In this document: positions 1 through 10,557 of the stretch, one piece after another
How the letters are laid out: each line of letters starts with the position of its first letter
Numbering within the stretch: position 1 is the stretch's first letter
From: an uncultured Chloroflexia bacterium
Lineage (GTDB): Bacteria > Chloroflexota > Anaerolineae > Anaerolineales > UBA4823
Reading direction: 5' to 3'
NCBI GenBank assembly: GCA_963797475.1
Contig: CAWCPR010000012.1
Coordinates: 219,195-283,194, forward strand
Length of the DNA stretch: 64,000 nt
Notes under the pieces: model-generated
What the model was told of the DNA's origin: nothing
Databases searched by the model: none
What the model saw: the letters and a program-made list of their open reading frames with translations, nothing else
Translations under genes and position numbers: made by a program

Positions 1-396
1 GACTGCCAGCGAGGTAACCTGGGCGAACTGATTCCAGCCACAGGCGAAGAAATCGCCCAGGGGGCACTCGACGGAGGGGATCTCAGAGTGATCCCAGTAG
101 ATTCGCAGGATATTGTGCCGCCAATGGCCGGTGGGGGTCATCCAGATGTGTTGGATGGCGCCAGACCCATCGATCTCGGCCAGCGCCTGGGTTTCGCCTG
201 CCTCGACGTTAATGGACGGAGATAATTTCCACCCCTGCCCCAGCTCACGCGCCGCGTGCGACCCGGTGCCTTCCAGCGCCATCCCGCCGCGCCCCGGCTC
301 GCCGGTAAAGTTCTCAGGGCTGATCGAGCGCGTCTGAGCCAGAGATAAGCGGAAAAGATTGCCCATGTTCAGCTCCAGGCCATTGAATGCGGTCAT
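1..396 (-). CDS. DUF2961 / glycoside hydrolase family 172 protein (5' part; runs off the window edge)
   Basis: Manual translation from ATG at 396 (AGGAG RBS upstream): MTAFNGLELNMGNLFRLSLAQTRSISPENFTGEPGRGG...GAIQHIWMT...ILRIYWD...PSVECPLGDFFACGW. These are the typical DUF2961 motifs. Not in the supplied ORF track. Confidence 0.85.
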   Translation of the reverse strand, partial: MTAFNGLELNMGNLFRLSLAQTRSISPENFTGEPGRGGMALEGTGSHAARELGQGWKLSPSINVEAGETQALAEIDGSGAIQHIWMTPTGHWRHNILRIYWDHSEIPSVECPLGDFFACGWNQFAQVTSLAV

Positions 397-488
397 CTTT
401 TGTTTGCTCCTGTAGGATCGTTGAGAAATCGGGAATTCTGAGGTACGCTCGGTGGGCCGGACCTCTTGCACCTCAATATCCATCCAGC

Positions 489-1940
489 TCAATCTGCGCT
501 CGGATGGCGATAGACTTCCCAGCCAAGATATTTGTGCAAAGCCTCGTCAATGGCCGGCGACGTCTGTGAAAGGTTGATGGCCACGTGATGCTCGAACGCG
601 TTCTCACAGATGTATTGAAGCAGTTTTTGCAGCTTGGGCACCCGCACCACGCCAAAACCGCCAAATGTATCCAGATGATCGCGGGTCAACTCGCCTTCGC
701 CGACATACGCTCGCATCCGCCCGTTGAGATCGTCCGTAGACACACGGCAGTAGGTGAAGGGACCCGGCCGAATCCGCCCGACGATCGTGCCGAATGTATT
801 TTCCTTCCCAACCGATCCGGAAATGATCTCATGGTAGTCCATGATGGGGAGATCATCGACGGCAATCGTCTCGTCCATGAAAACGTCCCTGGGTAAATTA
901 GAGCAATGAAAGATCACGGCTTTATCCGCATCTACGCCGTAGTTGTTGTTCCAATCGACGATTGCACTGGGCTTTCCCGCGGCGAGCTGTAGAACGTACA
1001 TGCCGATAACTCCGCTGATATCCGTCTCGCACGCCGAGGGCATCAGATCGTTGCTCATCATGCTCATCAGCGTGCAAGGGACGACGCCGTAAAATTCCTC
1101 CATCGCCGTCCAGCACTGCACTGCCGAAGCGACGAGCCGGTTGACCTCCATCCAGGCGTCTACGACGACCCCGAACTTGGCCATCTTCAGCAGCGATTCG
1201 GATGGTACGCTCGGAGACGGGACGTACGCCATCACCTTTTCCAGTTTGGATTTGAGCCTGGGGTCATCATCCTGGATGCGCGTAATACGCCCAAAGACCT
1301 CGGAAAGGTCAAGGGTCTCCACCGAAACGCCGGCCCGCTCGAGGATCTTCTCGCTGAAACGGACGGTGTTGAACGCCGCTGGCCGGGCGCCCACGACCCC
1401 CACCCTGACTTCTTTCAGCCCTCTGACCACCCGGCAGATGCTCACGAAGCGGCGCAGATCGACCCTGAAGCTATCGCTTTCGGGATCGACCGTGTGCAGC
1501 TCGGTCAACGAGTACTTGATCCCGTATTGAGATAGGTTGTTACAGGCAGACATCTTCCCGCAAAAAGAGTCCCGCCGGTTGATGATCGTCATGTGGTCCG
1601 GATCGTCCGGGAAGGCATGCACCAGGACTGGGACGTTCAAGCCAGCCCAACGCAGGGCATTGGCAATGGCGCGCTCTTCACCGAAGTTCGGCAAGGTGAC
1701 CAGCACGCCATCGATCTCCTCCCGGTGCTGCTTGAATAGATCGGCGCATTTTTGCGCATCCGCCACGCTCACCACGCTTCCATACTCGGTATCTTCTGGA
1801 TCGAGCGCAATGGGCCGGATGCCTTCCGCTTGCAGTACGCGCAAGATCGTTTCGCGCCCGCTTTTGCATAGGTGGCTGGGGAAAAAGCCTCGGTTGCCAA
1901 CGATGACGCCCAGCGTAGGGGTTTGGTGCAGGTATGACAT
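489..1940 (-). CDS. L-fucose/L-arabinose isomerase family protein
   Basis: Motifs NFGEE, RRDSFCGKMS, CWTAMEE, ACETD, FHCSN, FEHHVA. Likely start MSYLHQ at 1940 with a GGAGG RBS (the ORF extends to 1997). Confidence 0.85.
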   Translation of the reverse strand: MSYLHQTPTLGVIVGNRGFFPSHLCKSGRETILRVLQAEGIRPIALDPEDTEYGSVVSVADAQKCADLFKQHREEIDGVLVTLPNFGEERAIANALRWAGLNVPVLVHAFPDDPDHMTIINRRDSFCGKMSACNNLSQYGIKYSLTELHTVDPESDSFRVDLRRFVSICRVVRGLKEVRVGVVGARPAAFNTVRFSEKILERAGVSVETLDLSEVFGRITRIQDDDPRLKSKLEKVMAYVPSPSVPSESLLKMAKFGVVVDAWMEVNRLVASAVQCWTAMEEFYGVVPCTLMSMMSNDLMPSACETDISGVIGMYVLQLAAGKPSAIVDWNNNYGVDADKAVIFHCSNLPRDVFMDETIAVDDLPIMDYHEIISGSVGKENTFGTIVGRIRPGPFTYCRVSTDDLNGRMRAYVGEGELTRDHLDTFGGFGVVRVPKLQKLLQYICENAFEHHVAINLSQTSPAIDEALHKYLGWEVYRHPSAD

Positions 1941-2076
1941 TTCAGCCTCCAGGTGATCAAGGGTCGAATGAGCCAGGCGCACTGGATCAACACCCATGCG
2001 TTGAGAAGAAACGATCAGTTAATCGTTTACGTCATCGAGTTTAATCGATGACGTAGCGGTTGTCAACGGGATCCTA

Positions 2077-3344
2077 CTGACCTTCGGACAGAAGTTCGGA
2101 CAACACTTGCCAAAAAGAGTGGAAGCCTCTACAGTGAGTAAAACCGACCCAAACGGATTACTCACAGAAGGCTCCCATGCTCAAGTTTATCAACATTTCC
2201 GAGTTCATGCGCTATCTCTTTGACGATGAAGGCCAAGCCATGAAAGCTGCAAAGATAGTCCGGGCCATATTGGATGCACAATCGCCCCGCCTCTCGAATA
2301 TTGCCGAAAAGATGGACGGCAAGGTCGAAGCCAATTACAAAGTCATTCAACGCTTTATTGCCCGGGTGGATGTCAAGCGACAATTGTTGCGCTTGTTCCA
2401 GGAAGAAGCGCAGTTTGTGATCGGGGATCCCACCGAGATGCCGCGCTATGAGGCGCCGAAAACCGCATATGTGGGCAGCCTGAGCGATGAAAAGACGCCT
2501 GGATATTGGCTGTTGGTCCTTTCCACACCCTTTCGCGGTCGGGCGATCCCCTTCCATTTCATCACCTATTCCTCGAAGACGATTAATACGCAAGCGACTT
2601 CTCGCAACCAGGAACACTTTCGTGCATTTGCCGAGATCAAAGCCCTTCTGGGAGAGAAACCCTTGGTGCTCGACCGGGAGTTCAGTTATCTGGAACTGCT
2701 GGAACGTCTGGAAGTCGAACAGATCCAATTCGTGATCCGTCTCAAGCTGGGAGACAAACGCAAGCCAACGCATTTCGTCGATGCGGACGGGCAGGCGATC
2801 AAGCTGTACGTCCAACCTGGACAGAAGGTGATCTACCGCAATGTGTTTTACCTGGGGGTGGTCAAGGTGAACCTGATCGGCTACTGGCGCAAAGGTCTGA
2901 GTTCCCCCTTGTGGATCATGACCAGCTTGGAGCCAGAACAAGGATTGGAGATTTACCTGGAACGCATGAAAATCGATGAGTGTTTCCGCGATTGTAAAGA
3001 TCTGCTTCATCTACCCAAAGTGATGAACAAACGCCAGGACAATCTGGAGAAGATGATCGCCCTGGCTTTGATCGCTTTTGTGGTCGGATACTTGTTCGGC
3101 GAAGCCGTCCGGGATGTCTGTTATGGAAAACTCGAGCCCGACCAGGTCGCTGCCGGTTTGCTCAGTGAAATCCCACAACAGGTCTCAGCTAATCGCAAGT
3201 GGCAGCTTTATTCCGGCCTGTTCATCTTGCTGAAACAGAAACCCAGATTGCTGGATGAGATCCTTTCATCTATCGCACAATCGGTCGCTCAGGTTTTGCC
3301 CACCCTGATTTATGGACCTGTCCGAACTTTTGTCTGAACCTCAG
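2077..3344 (+). mobile_element. IS4-like insertion sequence
   Basis: 26-bp imperfect terminal inverted repeats at 2077-2102 (CTGACCTTCGGACAGAAGTTCGGACA) and 3319-3344, with 4 mismatches, enclosing a DDE transposase. No clear TSD. Confidence 0.85.
2177..3337 (+). CDS. IS4-superfamily DDE transposase
   Basis: 386 aa with VIGDPT, LVLDREFS and a Y-x2-R-x2-IDECFRDCK signature. Confidence 0.85.
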   Translation: MLKFINISEFMRYLFDDEGQAMKAAKIVRAILDAQSPRLSNIAEKMDGKVEANYKVIQRFIARVDVKRQLLRLFQEEAQFVIGDPTEMPRYEAPKTAYVGSLSDEKTPGYWLLVLSTPFRGRAIPFHFITYSSKTINTQATSRNQEHFRAFAEIKALLGEKPLVLDREFSYLELLERLEVEQIQFVIRLKLGDKRKPTHFVDADGQAIKLYVQPGQKVIYRNVFYLGVVKVNLIGYWRKGLSSPLWIMTSLEPEQGLEIYLERMKIDECFRDCKDLLHLPKVMNKRQDNLEKMIALALIAFVVGYLFGEAVRDVCYGKLEPDQVAAGLLSEIPQQVSANRKWQLYSGLFILLKQKPRLLDEILSSIAQSVAQVLPTLIYGPVRTFV

Positions 3345-3353
3345 ATTTGGGTA

Positions 3354-3415
3354 TTGACTTAGGTGCAAAATTCGTGTATTCTATATAACAGAATTGAATT
3401 CTATTCTATAGAATA
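3354..3415 (+). promoter_or_regulatory. sigma70-type promoter with candidate IclR operators
   Basis: TTGACT (3354-3359)-N17-TATTCT (3377-3382). ATTCT-N7-AGAAT palindromes at 3378-3394 and 3398-3414, and a perfect TATTCTATAGAATA at 3402-3415. Confidence 0.6.
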
Positions 3416-3440
3416 TATTGTTTTTACCTTTCAATTCGCT

Positions 3441-4215
3441 ATGAATTCACATTCCGCGAAATATCCAATTGATACGATTATTAAAGCCTGCAGCGGTATT
3501 AGAAGCCCTAAGCGAGAGTGATGAAGACTTAGGCATTACTGCTCTTAGTAAAAAGCTTGGTATTGGCGCTAGCAACATTCATAGAATACTTGATACGTTG
3601 GTGGATGTAGGTTACGTTCAGCGAAACAACGACACTCATAGGTATCGCCTCGGCTTTGGGCTTTTCCAAATCGGACTGCGCCTTTACAGACAATATACGA
3701 TGCACCCCGAAGTAGAGCAAATGTTGAATGAGCTGGCGTATAAAACTGGCGAAACTGCAAAGCTAGGGATTCTCGTTAATGGAAGAATGGTGTATCTTGG
3801 CGTGGTAGAAAGCTCTAATTCTTTACGCTTTGTCAGCAAAGCAGGGGATTGGGCACCCGCTTACTGCACCGCCATGGGAAAGGTCTTATTGTCCAACTTG
3901 CCGGAACACGAACAGTTTCTCACGATAGAGAATTTACTGCCTCTACAAAAATCAACCCCTAACACTATCGACCAACAAGAGGATCTCTATAAAGAATTAG
4001 AAGGTGTCCGCAAATCTGATTACGCGATTGATGATGAAGAATATGTAATCGGTTCTCGCGGTATCGCGGTTCCAGTCAGAGATTCTGATGGGTGTGTGAA
4101 AGCCGCTGTCAGCATTTCAGGCCCGTCTGTGCGGCTTTCTATTGATGTTCTTTTAAGTTATTTAGATTCTCTTAAAAATACAGCAGAACAACTGTCTCAA
4201 GTAATTTTCATTTAA
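3441..4215 (+). CDS. IclR family transcriptional regulator (probable +1 frameshift near 3487)
   Basis: N-terminal HTH, YCTAMGKVLL, GSRGIAVPV, AAVSISGP. ATG at 3441 (MNSHSAKYPIDTIIKA) is out of frame with the 3469 ORF by one base. Confidence 0.9.
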
Positions 4216-4275
4216 ATAATTTGATCGTCCTCAACTAATGATTCCCGGCTTGATTTTTCACAAACGGAGGAAGTC

Positions 4276-5850
4276 GTGGAAGAATACTTATTAAAAGCTG
4301 AGGGGATTTGCAAAAACTTCCCAGGCGTGCAAGCTTTAGTTAACGTCGATTTTGACCTGCGCCCGGGCGAAGTTCATGTATTGTTGGGGGAAAATGGCGC
4401 TGGAAAGAGCACTTTGGTCAAAATCCTAACCGGCGTGTATAGCAAGGATTCCGGAACAATCCAATTAACTGGCAATGAGGTGGACCTAAAAAGCCCACAA
4501 GACGCAATGCGTCTAGGCATCAGCGTGATTCATCAAGAGCTTAACATTGCTCCTCACTTAGACGTAGCCCAAAACATTTTTTTGGGGCGGTTACCTAGTA
4601 TTGGCGGTAGATTGGGCGAAATACTCGGTTGGGTGGATTGGAGTAAGGTTTATGAAGACAGCAAAAACATCCTCGAAGGCCTCGAAATTGGACTGGATGT
4701 TCACACATCTGCTGGCGCGATCCCTACTTCGAAAGCCCAGATGGTTGAGATTGCACGTGCGCTTTCTATGGATAGCCGGGTCATCTTTATGGATGAACCC
4801 ACTTCATCAATCAGTTTGGCAGAGCAGGAGGAATTGTTCCATCAAATCCGGCAGCTAAAGGAAAAGGGTGTCTCAATTGTTTATATCTCTCACCGCCTAG
4901 AAGAAATTCTAAAAATCGGTGACCGGATAACCGTGCTGCGCGACGGAAAAAAAATTGGAACCTTGGATGCAGCAGATGCAAACGATGAACTGCTCGTTCA
5001 AATGATTGTTGGACGAGAGACTACAAACCGTTACCCCAAGATCCACGTAGACCCGGGGGAAACAGTCCTGGAGGTAAGCAATTTATGCCGAAGAAACGTA
5101 TTAGAAAACATCAGCTTTGACCTCAAGCGTGGTGAAATATTGGGTTTTTCCGGTCTCGTAGGGTCTGGCAGGACTGAACTGGCACGGGCTATATTTGGCG
5201 TAGATCCAATTGATTCTGGTGAAATTAAAATTTTTGGTAAATCTGTGAAGATTAGCTCCCCTCGTGATGCGATGCATTATGGAATCGCATTCCTGACTGA
5301 AGATCGGAAACGAGAAGGTTTGCTGTTAAATCTCAGTATTTTAACCAACTTAATGGCTGCAGCAATCAATTGTGATCGCGTTACCGGAGAGTACGTAAAA
5401 GGACCTTCATCTCTAGGTTTCTTGAACTATAAATTTGGTCGTCAACAAGCAGAACACTTTGTCAACGATTTGGCACTAAAAGCCACCGGATTGCACCAGG
5501 AAGCTCAGTACCTGAGTGGCGGGAATCAACAAAAAGCTGTGCTGGCAAAGTGGTTGATGACAAAAGCGCAGATTTTTATTTTTGATGAACCTACCCGCGG
5601 GATCGACGTAGGTACAAAGCCAGAAGTTTACCGGTTAATGGAAGCGTTAGCCCAGAACGGGGCAGGTGTAATTATGATTTCATCAGAACTACCTGAAGTC
5701 ATGGCAATTAGCGATCGAATTATCGTTATGAGCCGCGGGTCTATAGCAACGGAAGTCCCTAAAGCTGAAGCCACAGAGGAACTGATTATGTATTACGCGG
5801 CCACCGCTCCCGATTCGATAAACCCTCATTATAAGAACTTGGTTGGATGA
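4276..5850 (+). CDS. sugar ABC transporter ATP-binding protein (RbsA-type, two ABC domains)
   Basis: GENGAGKST, DEPT, LSGGNQQK, DEPTRGIDVG. Confidence 0.95.
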   Translation: MEEYLLKAEGICKNFPGVQALVNVDFDLRPGEVHVLLGENGAGKSTLVKILTGVYSKDSGTIQLTGNEVDLKSPQDAMRLGISVIHQELNIAPHLDVAQNIFLGRLPSIGGRLGEILGWVDWSKVYEDSKNILEGLEIGLDVHTSAGAIPTSKAQMVEIARALSMDSRVIFMDEPTSSISLAEQEELFHQIRQLKEKGVSIVYISHRLEEILKIGDRITVLRDGKKIGTLDAADANDELLVQMIVGRETTNRYPKIHVDPGETVLEVSNLCRRNVLENISFDLKRGEILGFSGLVGSGRTELARAIFGVDPIDSGEIKIFGKSVKISSPRDAMHYGIAFLTEDRKREGLLLNLSILTNLMAAAINCDRVTGEYVKGPSSLGFLNYKFGRQQAEHFVNDLALKATGLHQEAQYLSGGNQQKAVLAKWLMTKAQIFIFDEPTRGIDVGTKPEVYRLMEALAQNGAGVIMISSELPEVMAISDRIIVMSRGSIATEVPKAEATEELIMYYAATAPDSINPHYKNLVG

Positions 5851-5875
5851 TCTAGTCATAAAAAGGAGATAGTTC

Positions 5876-6871
5876 ATGGCGACAATTGCAAGTTCTGATG
5901 CTGAGACCTCTTCGCGACAGGATACCCATGGGCAACGCTTGCTACGCATTATCCGCCTAAACAGCACATTAATAGCGTTTGTTTTGTTATGGGCAGGGTT
6001 ATCGATCGCCTCACCTTACTTTCTGACCGTAGAAAACGTGCTCAATATTCTGCTTCAATCCGCAAATATTGGGATTATGGCGGCGGGGATGACGTTAGTG
6101 ATCGTCGCAGCCGAAATCGATCTGTCAGTTGGTGCGATAGAAGCTTTGGCAGGAAGCACTATGGCTGTAATTATCATTAACCTGGGGATGCCAGCAGGGA
6201 TTGGTATTTTAGGTGGCCTGGCGATTGGGATGTTGGCCGCAATGATTTCCGGGTTTTTCACAGCGCGTTTCCGGATCCCATCTTTTGTGACCACATTGGG
6301 TATGTTGGGCATCGCCAGGGGGTTTGCTTTGATTATGACCAATGGGCGGGCCGTTTATGGATTACCGGAAGTGATTAAATTCATCGGTCAGGGCAAAATA
6401 TGGATTATCCCAACCCCGGTAATATTGGCGGCTATAATTTTTATCATCGCTCATGTCATCATGCGCTACACCCGCTTTGGAACGAATATTTATGCGGTGG
6501 GTAGCAATGTACAGGCGGCAGTTTTATCCGGAATCGATCCGGCTCGCATCCGGTTGGCAGTTCTTACGATCAGCGGTTTCTGCGCCGCGATTGGAGGCCT
6601 GATCCTCGCTTCAAGGTTGAATTCGGGAAATGGGACTGTCGGGGCAGCGGATAATCTTGACGTTATTGCCGCCGTAGTGATTGGTGGTACTTCCTTGTTC
6701 GGAGGCGTTGGCACAATTTTTGGCACTTTAGTCGGGGTGCTGCTGGTAGGTTCAATCCGTAATGGTTTAAACCTTCTGGCGGTCTCAGCTTTCTGGCAGC
6801 AGGTAGCAATTGGCGCTTTGATCCTTGTCGCCGTTTTCATAGATTATGTCACAAAGCTAGATCGGCGCTAA
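5876..6871 (+). CDS. sugar ABC transporter permease (RbsC-type)
   Basis: IDLSVG, IPSFVTTLG, IAAVVIGGTSLFGG; multiple TM segments. Confidence 0.95.
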   Translation: MATIASSDAETSSRQDTHGQRLLRIIRLNSTLIAFVLLWAGLSIASPYFLTVENVLNILLQSANIGIMAAGMTLVIVAAEIDLSVGAIEALAGSTMAVIIINLGMPAGIGILGGLAIGMLAAMISGFFTARFRIPSFVTTLGMLGIARGFALIMTNGRAVYGLPEVIKFIGQGKIWIIPTPVILAAIIFIIAHVIMRYTRFGTNIYAVGSNVQAAVLSGIDPARIRLAVLTISGFCAAIGGLILASRLNSGNGTVGAADNLDVIAAVVIGGTSLFGGVGTIFGTLVGVLLVGSIRNGLNLLAVSAFWQQVAIGALILVAVFIDYVTKLDRR

Positions 6872-7016
6872 CCCGCACCTTCAAAAGAATGATTTTGGAA
6901 ATGGCCAACGAACAGGAGGTGTCTATAACAAAAGGATAATTGAAATTCCATGGGCAAAAGACCGGATTTCAAATATTAGTTTTTGACACTCGCCATTGAG
7001 TAACAGGAGGATCGAA

Positions 7017-8993
7017 ATGTTAAGAAGAAAAGGAAGACTCTCTTCACAGGTCTTCTACCAAATCCTGGCAGTGCTGATGATTCTGGCCATGGGGCTCTCG
7101 TCTTGCACAACACCGCAAACACCCACACCAGCAGAAACATCTGCTCCACAAGCAGGGGAAACCGCCCAACCCGCCAAGACACAAGCTCCCCAACCTACAG
7201 AAGCGCAACCCGTGGTTACCGAGCCTGCTGCTAACGGAGGAACCATTCGACTTGGGCTAGTATTAGGTGACATGTCGAACCCATTCTGGGGGACCCTTTC
7301 GGAAGCGGCCAAAGCTGCGGCGCAGTCGGCCGGCAATGTTGAATTGACAGTTTTGGGTTCCAACAATTTGGAAGACGAAGTGAAGGTCGTTGAGGACCTA
7401 ATTTCTTCCAAGGTGGACGTAATTGGCGTTGCGCCCTGGGATGCTCAAGGCATCGTGCCCGCAGTGGAGAAAGCCAATCAAGCAGGAATACCCGTCCTCA
7501 CCGTGGACGAGACAGCTGCAAGCGGCCAGATTGAAGCCTACATTGCAACAGACAACGTGGAAGGCGGGCGCCTGGCTGGCGAATGGCTGGTGAAGAACAT
7601 GGGAGGCAAAGGCAACCTGGCGATCATCGAGGGAGGCGCCGGGTCGTCAACAAATAATGCCCGTTTGGAAGGGCTGCACGCCGTGATCGACGGCACGGAT
7701 ATCAAGGTGGTTGCTTCCCTGCCCGCAGACTGGGTGCGTGACAAGGGGCTGCAGGTCATGAACGACATCCTGACCGCCAATCCCGAACTGGATGCGGTGA
7801 TGGCAATGAATGACGAGATGGCCTTAGGTGCTTTAGAAGCGATCAAGGCTGCAGGCCGCGAAAGCCAAATCAAGTTGGTTGGCTACAACGGAGCCCTGGA
7901 AGCCATAAAATCGGCCTATGATGGCGGCCTGGCTGCGGACGTCGTTCAATTCCCCGAAGAAATGGGTAAGCTCTTCGTGGAGTGGAGCCTGCGCGTCCTG
8001 AATGGTGAGAAACCACCTGAATTCCATATCAAACCCGCTGTAAGTGTGGTCGATACCCAATTGTCGCGAAAGGCTATGGCTGCAATTACCGGCCAACCTT
8101 TGAATGTCAGCGCGAACCTCGCGATTCATCCTTCGTCAACCATTCGACTTGGGCTAGTATTAGGTGACATGTCGAACCCATTCTGGGGGACCCTTTCGGA
8201 AGCGGCCAAAGCTGCGGCGCAGTCGGCTGGCAATGTTGAATTGACAGTTTTGGGTTCCAACAATTTGGAAGACGAAGTGAAGGTCGTTGAGGACCTAATT
8301 TCTTCCAAGGTGGACGTAATTGGCGTTGCGCCCTGGGATGCTCAAGGCATCGTGCCCGCAGTGGAGAAAGCCAATCAAGCAGGAATACCCGTCCTCACCG
8401 TGGACGAGACAGCTGCAAGCGGCCAGATTGAAGCCTACATTGCAACCGACAACGTGGAAGGCGGGCGCCTGGCTGGCGAATGGCTGGTGAAGAACATGGG
8501 AGGCAAAGGCAACCTGGCGATCATCGAGGGAGGCGCCGGGTCGTCAACAAATAATGCCCGTTTGGAAGGGTTGCACGCCGTGATCGACGGCACGGATATC
8601 AAGGTGGTTGCTTCCCTACCCGCAGACTGGGTGCGTGACAAGGGGCTGCAGGTCATGAACGACATCCTGACCGCCAATCCCGAACTGGATGCGGTGATGG
8701 CAATGAATGACGAGATGGCCTTAGGTGCTTTAGAAGCGATCAAGGCTGCAGGCCGCGAAAGCCAAATCAAGTTGGTTGGCTACAACGGAGCCCTGGAAGC
8801 CATAAAATCGGCCTATGATGGCGGCCTGGCTGCGGACGTCGTTCAATTCCCCGAAGAAATGGGTAAGCTCTTCGTGGAGTGGAGCCTGCGCGTCCTGAAT
8901 GGTGAGAAACCACCTGAATTCCATATCAAACCCGCTGTCGACGTTGTCGACACACAGCTTCTACGCAAGGTTAACACGGCAATAGGTCAATAG
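7017..8993 (+). CDS. sugar ABC transporter substrate-binding lipoprotein with two tandem RbsB-type domains
   Basis: AGGAGG RBS before ATG 7017, lipobox LSSC, P/T/Q-rich linker, and two copies of SNPFW...IATDNVEGG...NDEMALGA. Confidence 0.92.
   Translation: MLRRKGRLSSQVFYQILAVLMILAMGLSSCTTPQTPTPAETSAPQAGETAQPAKTQAPQPTEAQPVVTEPAANGGTIRLGLVLGDMSNPFWGTLSEAAKAAAQSAGNVELTVLGSNNLEDEVKVVEDLISSKVDVIGVAPWDAQGIVPAVEKANQAGIPVLTVDETAASGQIEAYIATDNVEGGRLAGEWLVKNMGGKGNLAIIEGGAGSSTNNARLEGLHAVIDGTDIKVVASLPADWVRDKGLQVMNDILTANPELDAVMAMNDEMALGALEAIKAAGRESQIKLVGYNGALEAIKSAYDGGLAADVVQFPEEMGKLFVEWSLRVLNGEKPPEFHIKPAVSVVDTQLSRKAMAAITGQPLNVSANLAIHPSSTIRLGLVLGDMSNPFWGTLSEAAKAAAQSAGNVELTVLGSNNLEDEVKVVEDLISSKVDVIGVAPWDAQGIVPAVEKANQAGIPVLTVDETAASGQIEAYIATDNVEGGRLAGEWLVKNMGGKGNLAIIEGGAGSSTNNARLEGLHAVIDGTDIKVVASLPADWVRDKGLQVMNDILTANPELDAVMAMNDEMALGALEAIKAAGRESQIKLVGYNGALEAIKSAYDGGLAADVVQFPEEMGKLFVEWSLRVLNGEKPPEFHIKPAVDVVDTQLLRKVNTAIGQ
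7241..8938 (+). repeat. 801-bp direct repeat inside the SBP gene (7241-8041 / 8138-8938)
   Basis: Offset 897 bp. About 4 differences seen by eye, all synonymous. Confidence 0.95.
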
Positions 8994-9014
8994 CTGTTAT
9001 TGCCGAAACGTCTG

Positions 9015-9048
9015 TTCCAACCCGACCGGAATTCCAGTCGGGGTTGGA
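9015..9048 (+). terminator. stem-loop after the SBP gene (terminator or mRNA stabiliser)
   Basis: TCCAACCCGAC...GTCGGGGTTGGA inverted repeat; no strong U-tract. Confidence 0.5.
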
Positions 9049-9117
9049 GAAAATTTGAAGTCGATGGATTGAATCCGGTAATTCATATATCCATTAATTT
9101 ACTAGAAAGGATGAACA

Positions 9118-10425
9118 ATGACTGAAAGTGATGGTAATAAACAAACAGTAATAACTCCAATTGGAGTCCAAGAGATCGATGTAACAACCCACCGTCCCTA
9201 TGACCCAAAGCAACTTTACGGTCAGCAGCAAGTGGATTGGGAGATCCGTATTGATATGGATGGTCTGAGAAAGAAACGCCTGGATCGCGCTCGGGCTGTA
9301 ATGAAAAAGCACGGGCTAGGAGCGTTTCTCTTCTTCCAACATTTCAATATCCGCTATATCACTGGCACCTACGGTGGCATGTGGCAGACTTACGATAAGT
9401 TGTTCCGGTATGTGCTGTTGGCCGGCGATGCAGACCCGATCATGTACGAGGTTCCCGGTGTAGATTACATTTGCCAGCGACAGGGTGCGCCATGGATTGA
9501 AGATTGGCGACCTGCGATTATTTGGCGAGCAGCCGGGGATGCCAAATTCGACTTGGCGAAGCAATTTGCTGCTGAAATTAAGTCAGTATTGGAGAAATAT
9601 GGCGTCGCCGGAGAGAAAGTTGGGATTGATACGATCGACGCTCCTGGCTACCAGGCTTTGGAGGAACAGGGCATTAAACTCGTAGATGGCTCAAGCGCAA
9701 TCCAGGAAGCCAGTATGATTAAGATGCCAGAGGAGCTCGAGATCCTTAAGCAGGCCTGCGCCATACAGGATTCGGCGTATTACGTTGTCGAAGAGATGCT
9801 GCGCCCTGGCATTAAAGAAATTGACCTGAAAGCTGCTATTGCTCACGAGCTTTACCGGCTGGGCGGCGAACGAATCGAACAAATCACGATGGCGACGGGC
9901 GGACGAACCAACCCATTCTGGCGAAGCGGCTCCACGGACAAATTGCTTCGTTATGGGGACATGGTATTGATTGATATCTGTTTCCAGTATAACGGTTATA
10001 ACACCTGCTACTACCGGAATTTCATTGTGGGCGGCAAGCCTACCCCACTTCAGAAGCGCCTGCATCGCGAAGCCTACGATCTGATTTATGGCGCAATTGA
10101 GCGAATTAAACCCGGGAACACAACAGCCGATGTCGCAAAATTCTGGGAGCAGTCGGGGTTCGCTGATGACGGCTGGGGCTCTGTTAGCTTGCTCCAATTC
10201 GGCCACGGTTTGGGTGTTACAAACCATGAACCCCCCTTCATTACAATGGCCTATTCCAAAGAGAAGCCGGTTACTTTCGAGAAAGGGATGTACATGGCAA
10301 TAGAGAACTATGTGGGGAAGCCCGGATTAAGCGAAGCGGCACGGCTGGAAGAAAACCTTGTCGTTGGCGATGATGGCGCTGTAGTTTTCTCGCTTTATCC
10401 ATTTCCAGATTACTTCAACGAATAA
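9118..10425 (+). CDS. M24 (Xaa-Pro peptidase/creatinase/DddP-like) family hydrolase
   Basis: Creatinase-like N-domain, IKMPEELE, GYNTCYYR, FGHGLG, AIEN, RLEE. Confidence 0.85.
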   Translation: MTESDGNKQTVITPIGVQEIDVTTHRPYDPKQLYGQQQVDWEIRIDMDGLRKKRLDRARAVMKKHGLGAFLFFQHFNIRYITGTYGGMWQTYDKLFRYVLLAGDADPIMYEVPGVDYICQRQGAPWIEDWRPAIIWRAAGDAKFDLAKQFAAEIKSVLEKYGVAGEKVGIDTIDAPGYQALEEQGIKLVDGSSAIQEASMIKMPEELEILKQACAIQDSAYYVVEEMLRPGIKEIDLKAAIAHELYRLGGERIEQITMATGGRTNPFWRSGSTDKLLRYGDMVLIDICFQYNGYNTCYYRNFIVGGKPTPLQKRLHREAYDLIYGAIERIKPGNTTADVAKFWEQSGFADDGWGSVSLLQFGHGLGVTNHEPPFITMAYSKEKPVTFEKGMYMAIENYVGKPGLSEAARLEENLVVGDDGAVVFSLYPFPDYFNE

Positions 10426-10557
10426 CTCTTTGCAGCACAACGGTTGCGCCGGAGAAAATTATTTCATCCCGGCGCAACCCATTCGGTATAAGTCCCCGGC
10501 TTCGATATATCAGCCGGATTTGGCGCTCATTATTGGAAATAACAGGAGCAAGCGTTA

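Noticed and set aside
2162-3010. 282-aa minus-strand ORF within the first IS (likewise 38728-39525 and 41601-42503)
   Set aside because: Antisense shadows of transposase genes.
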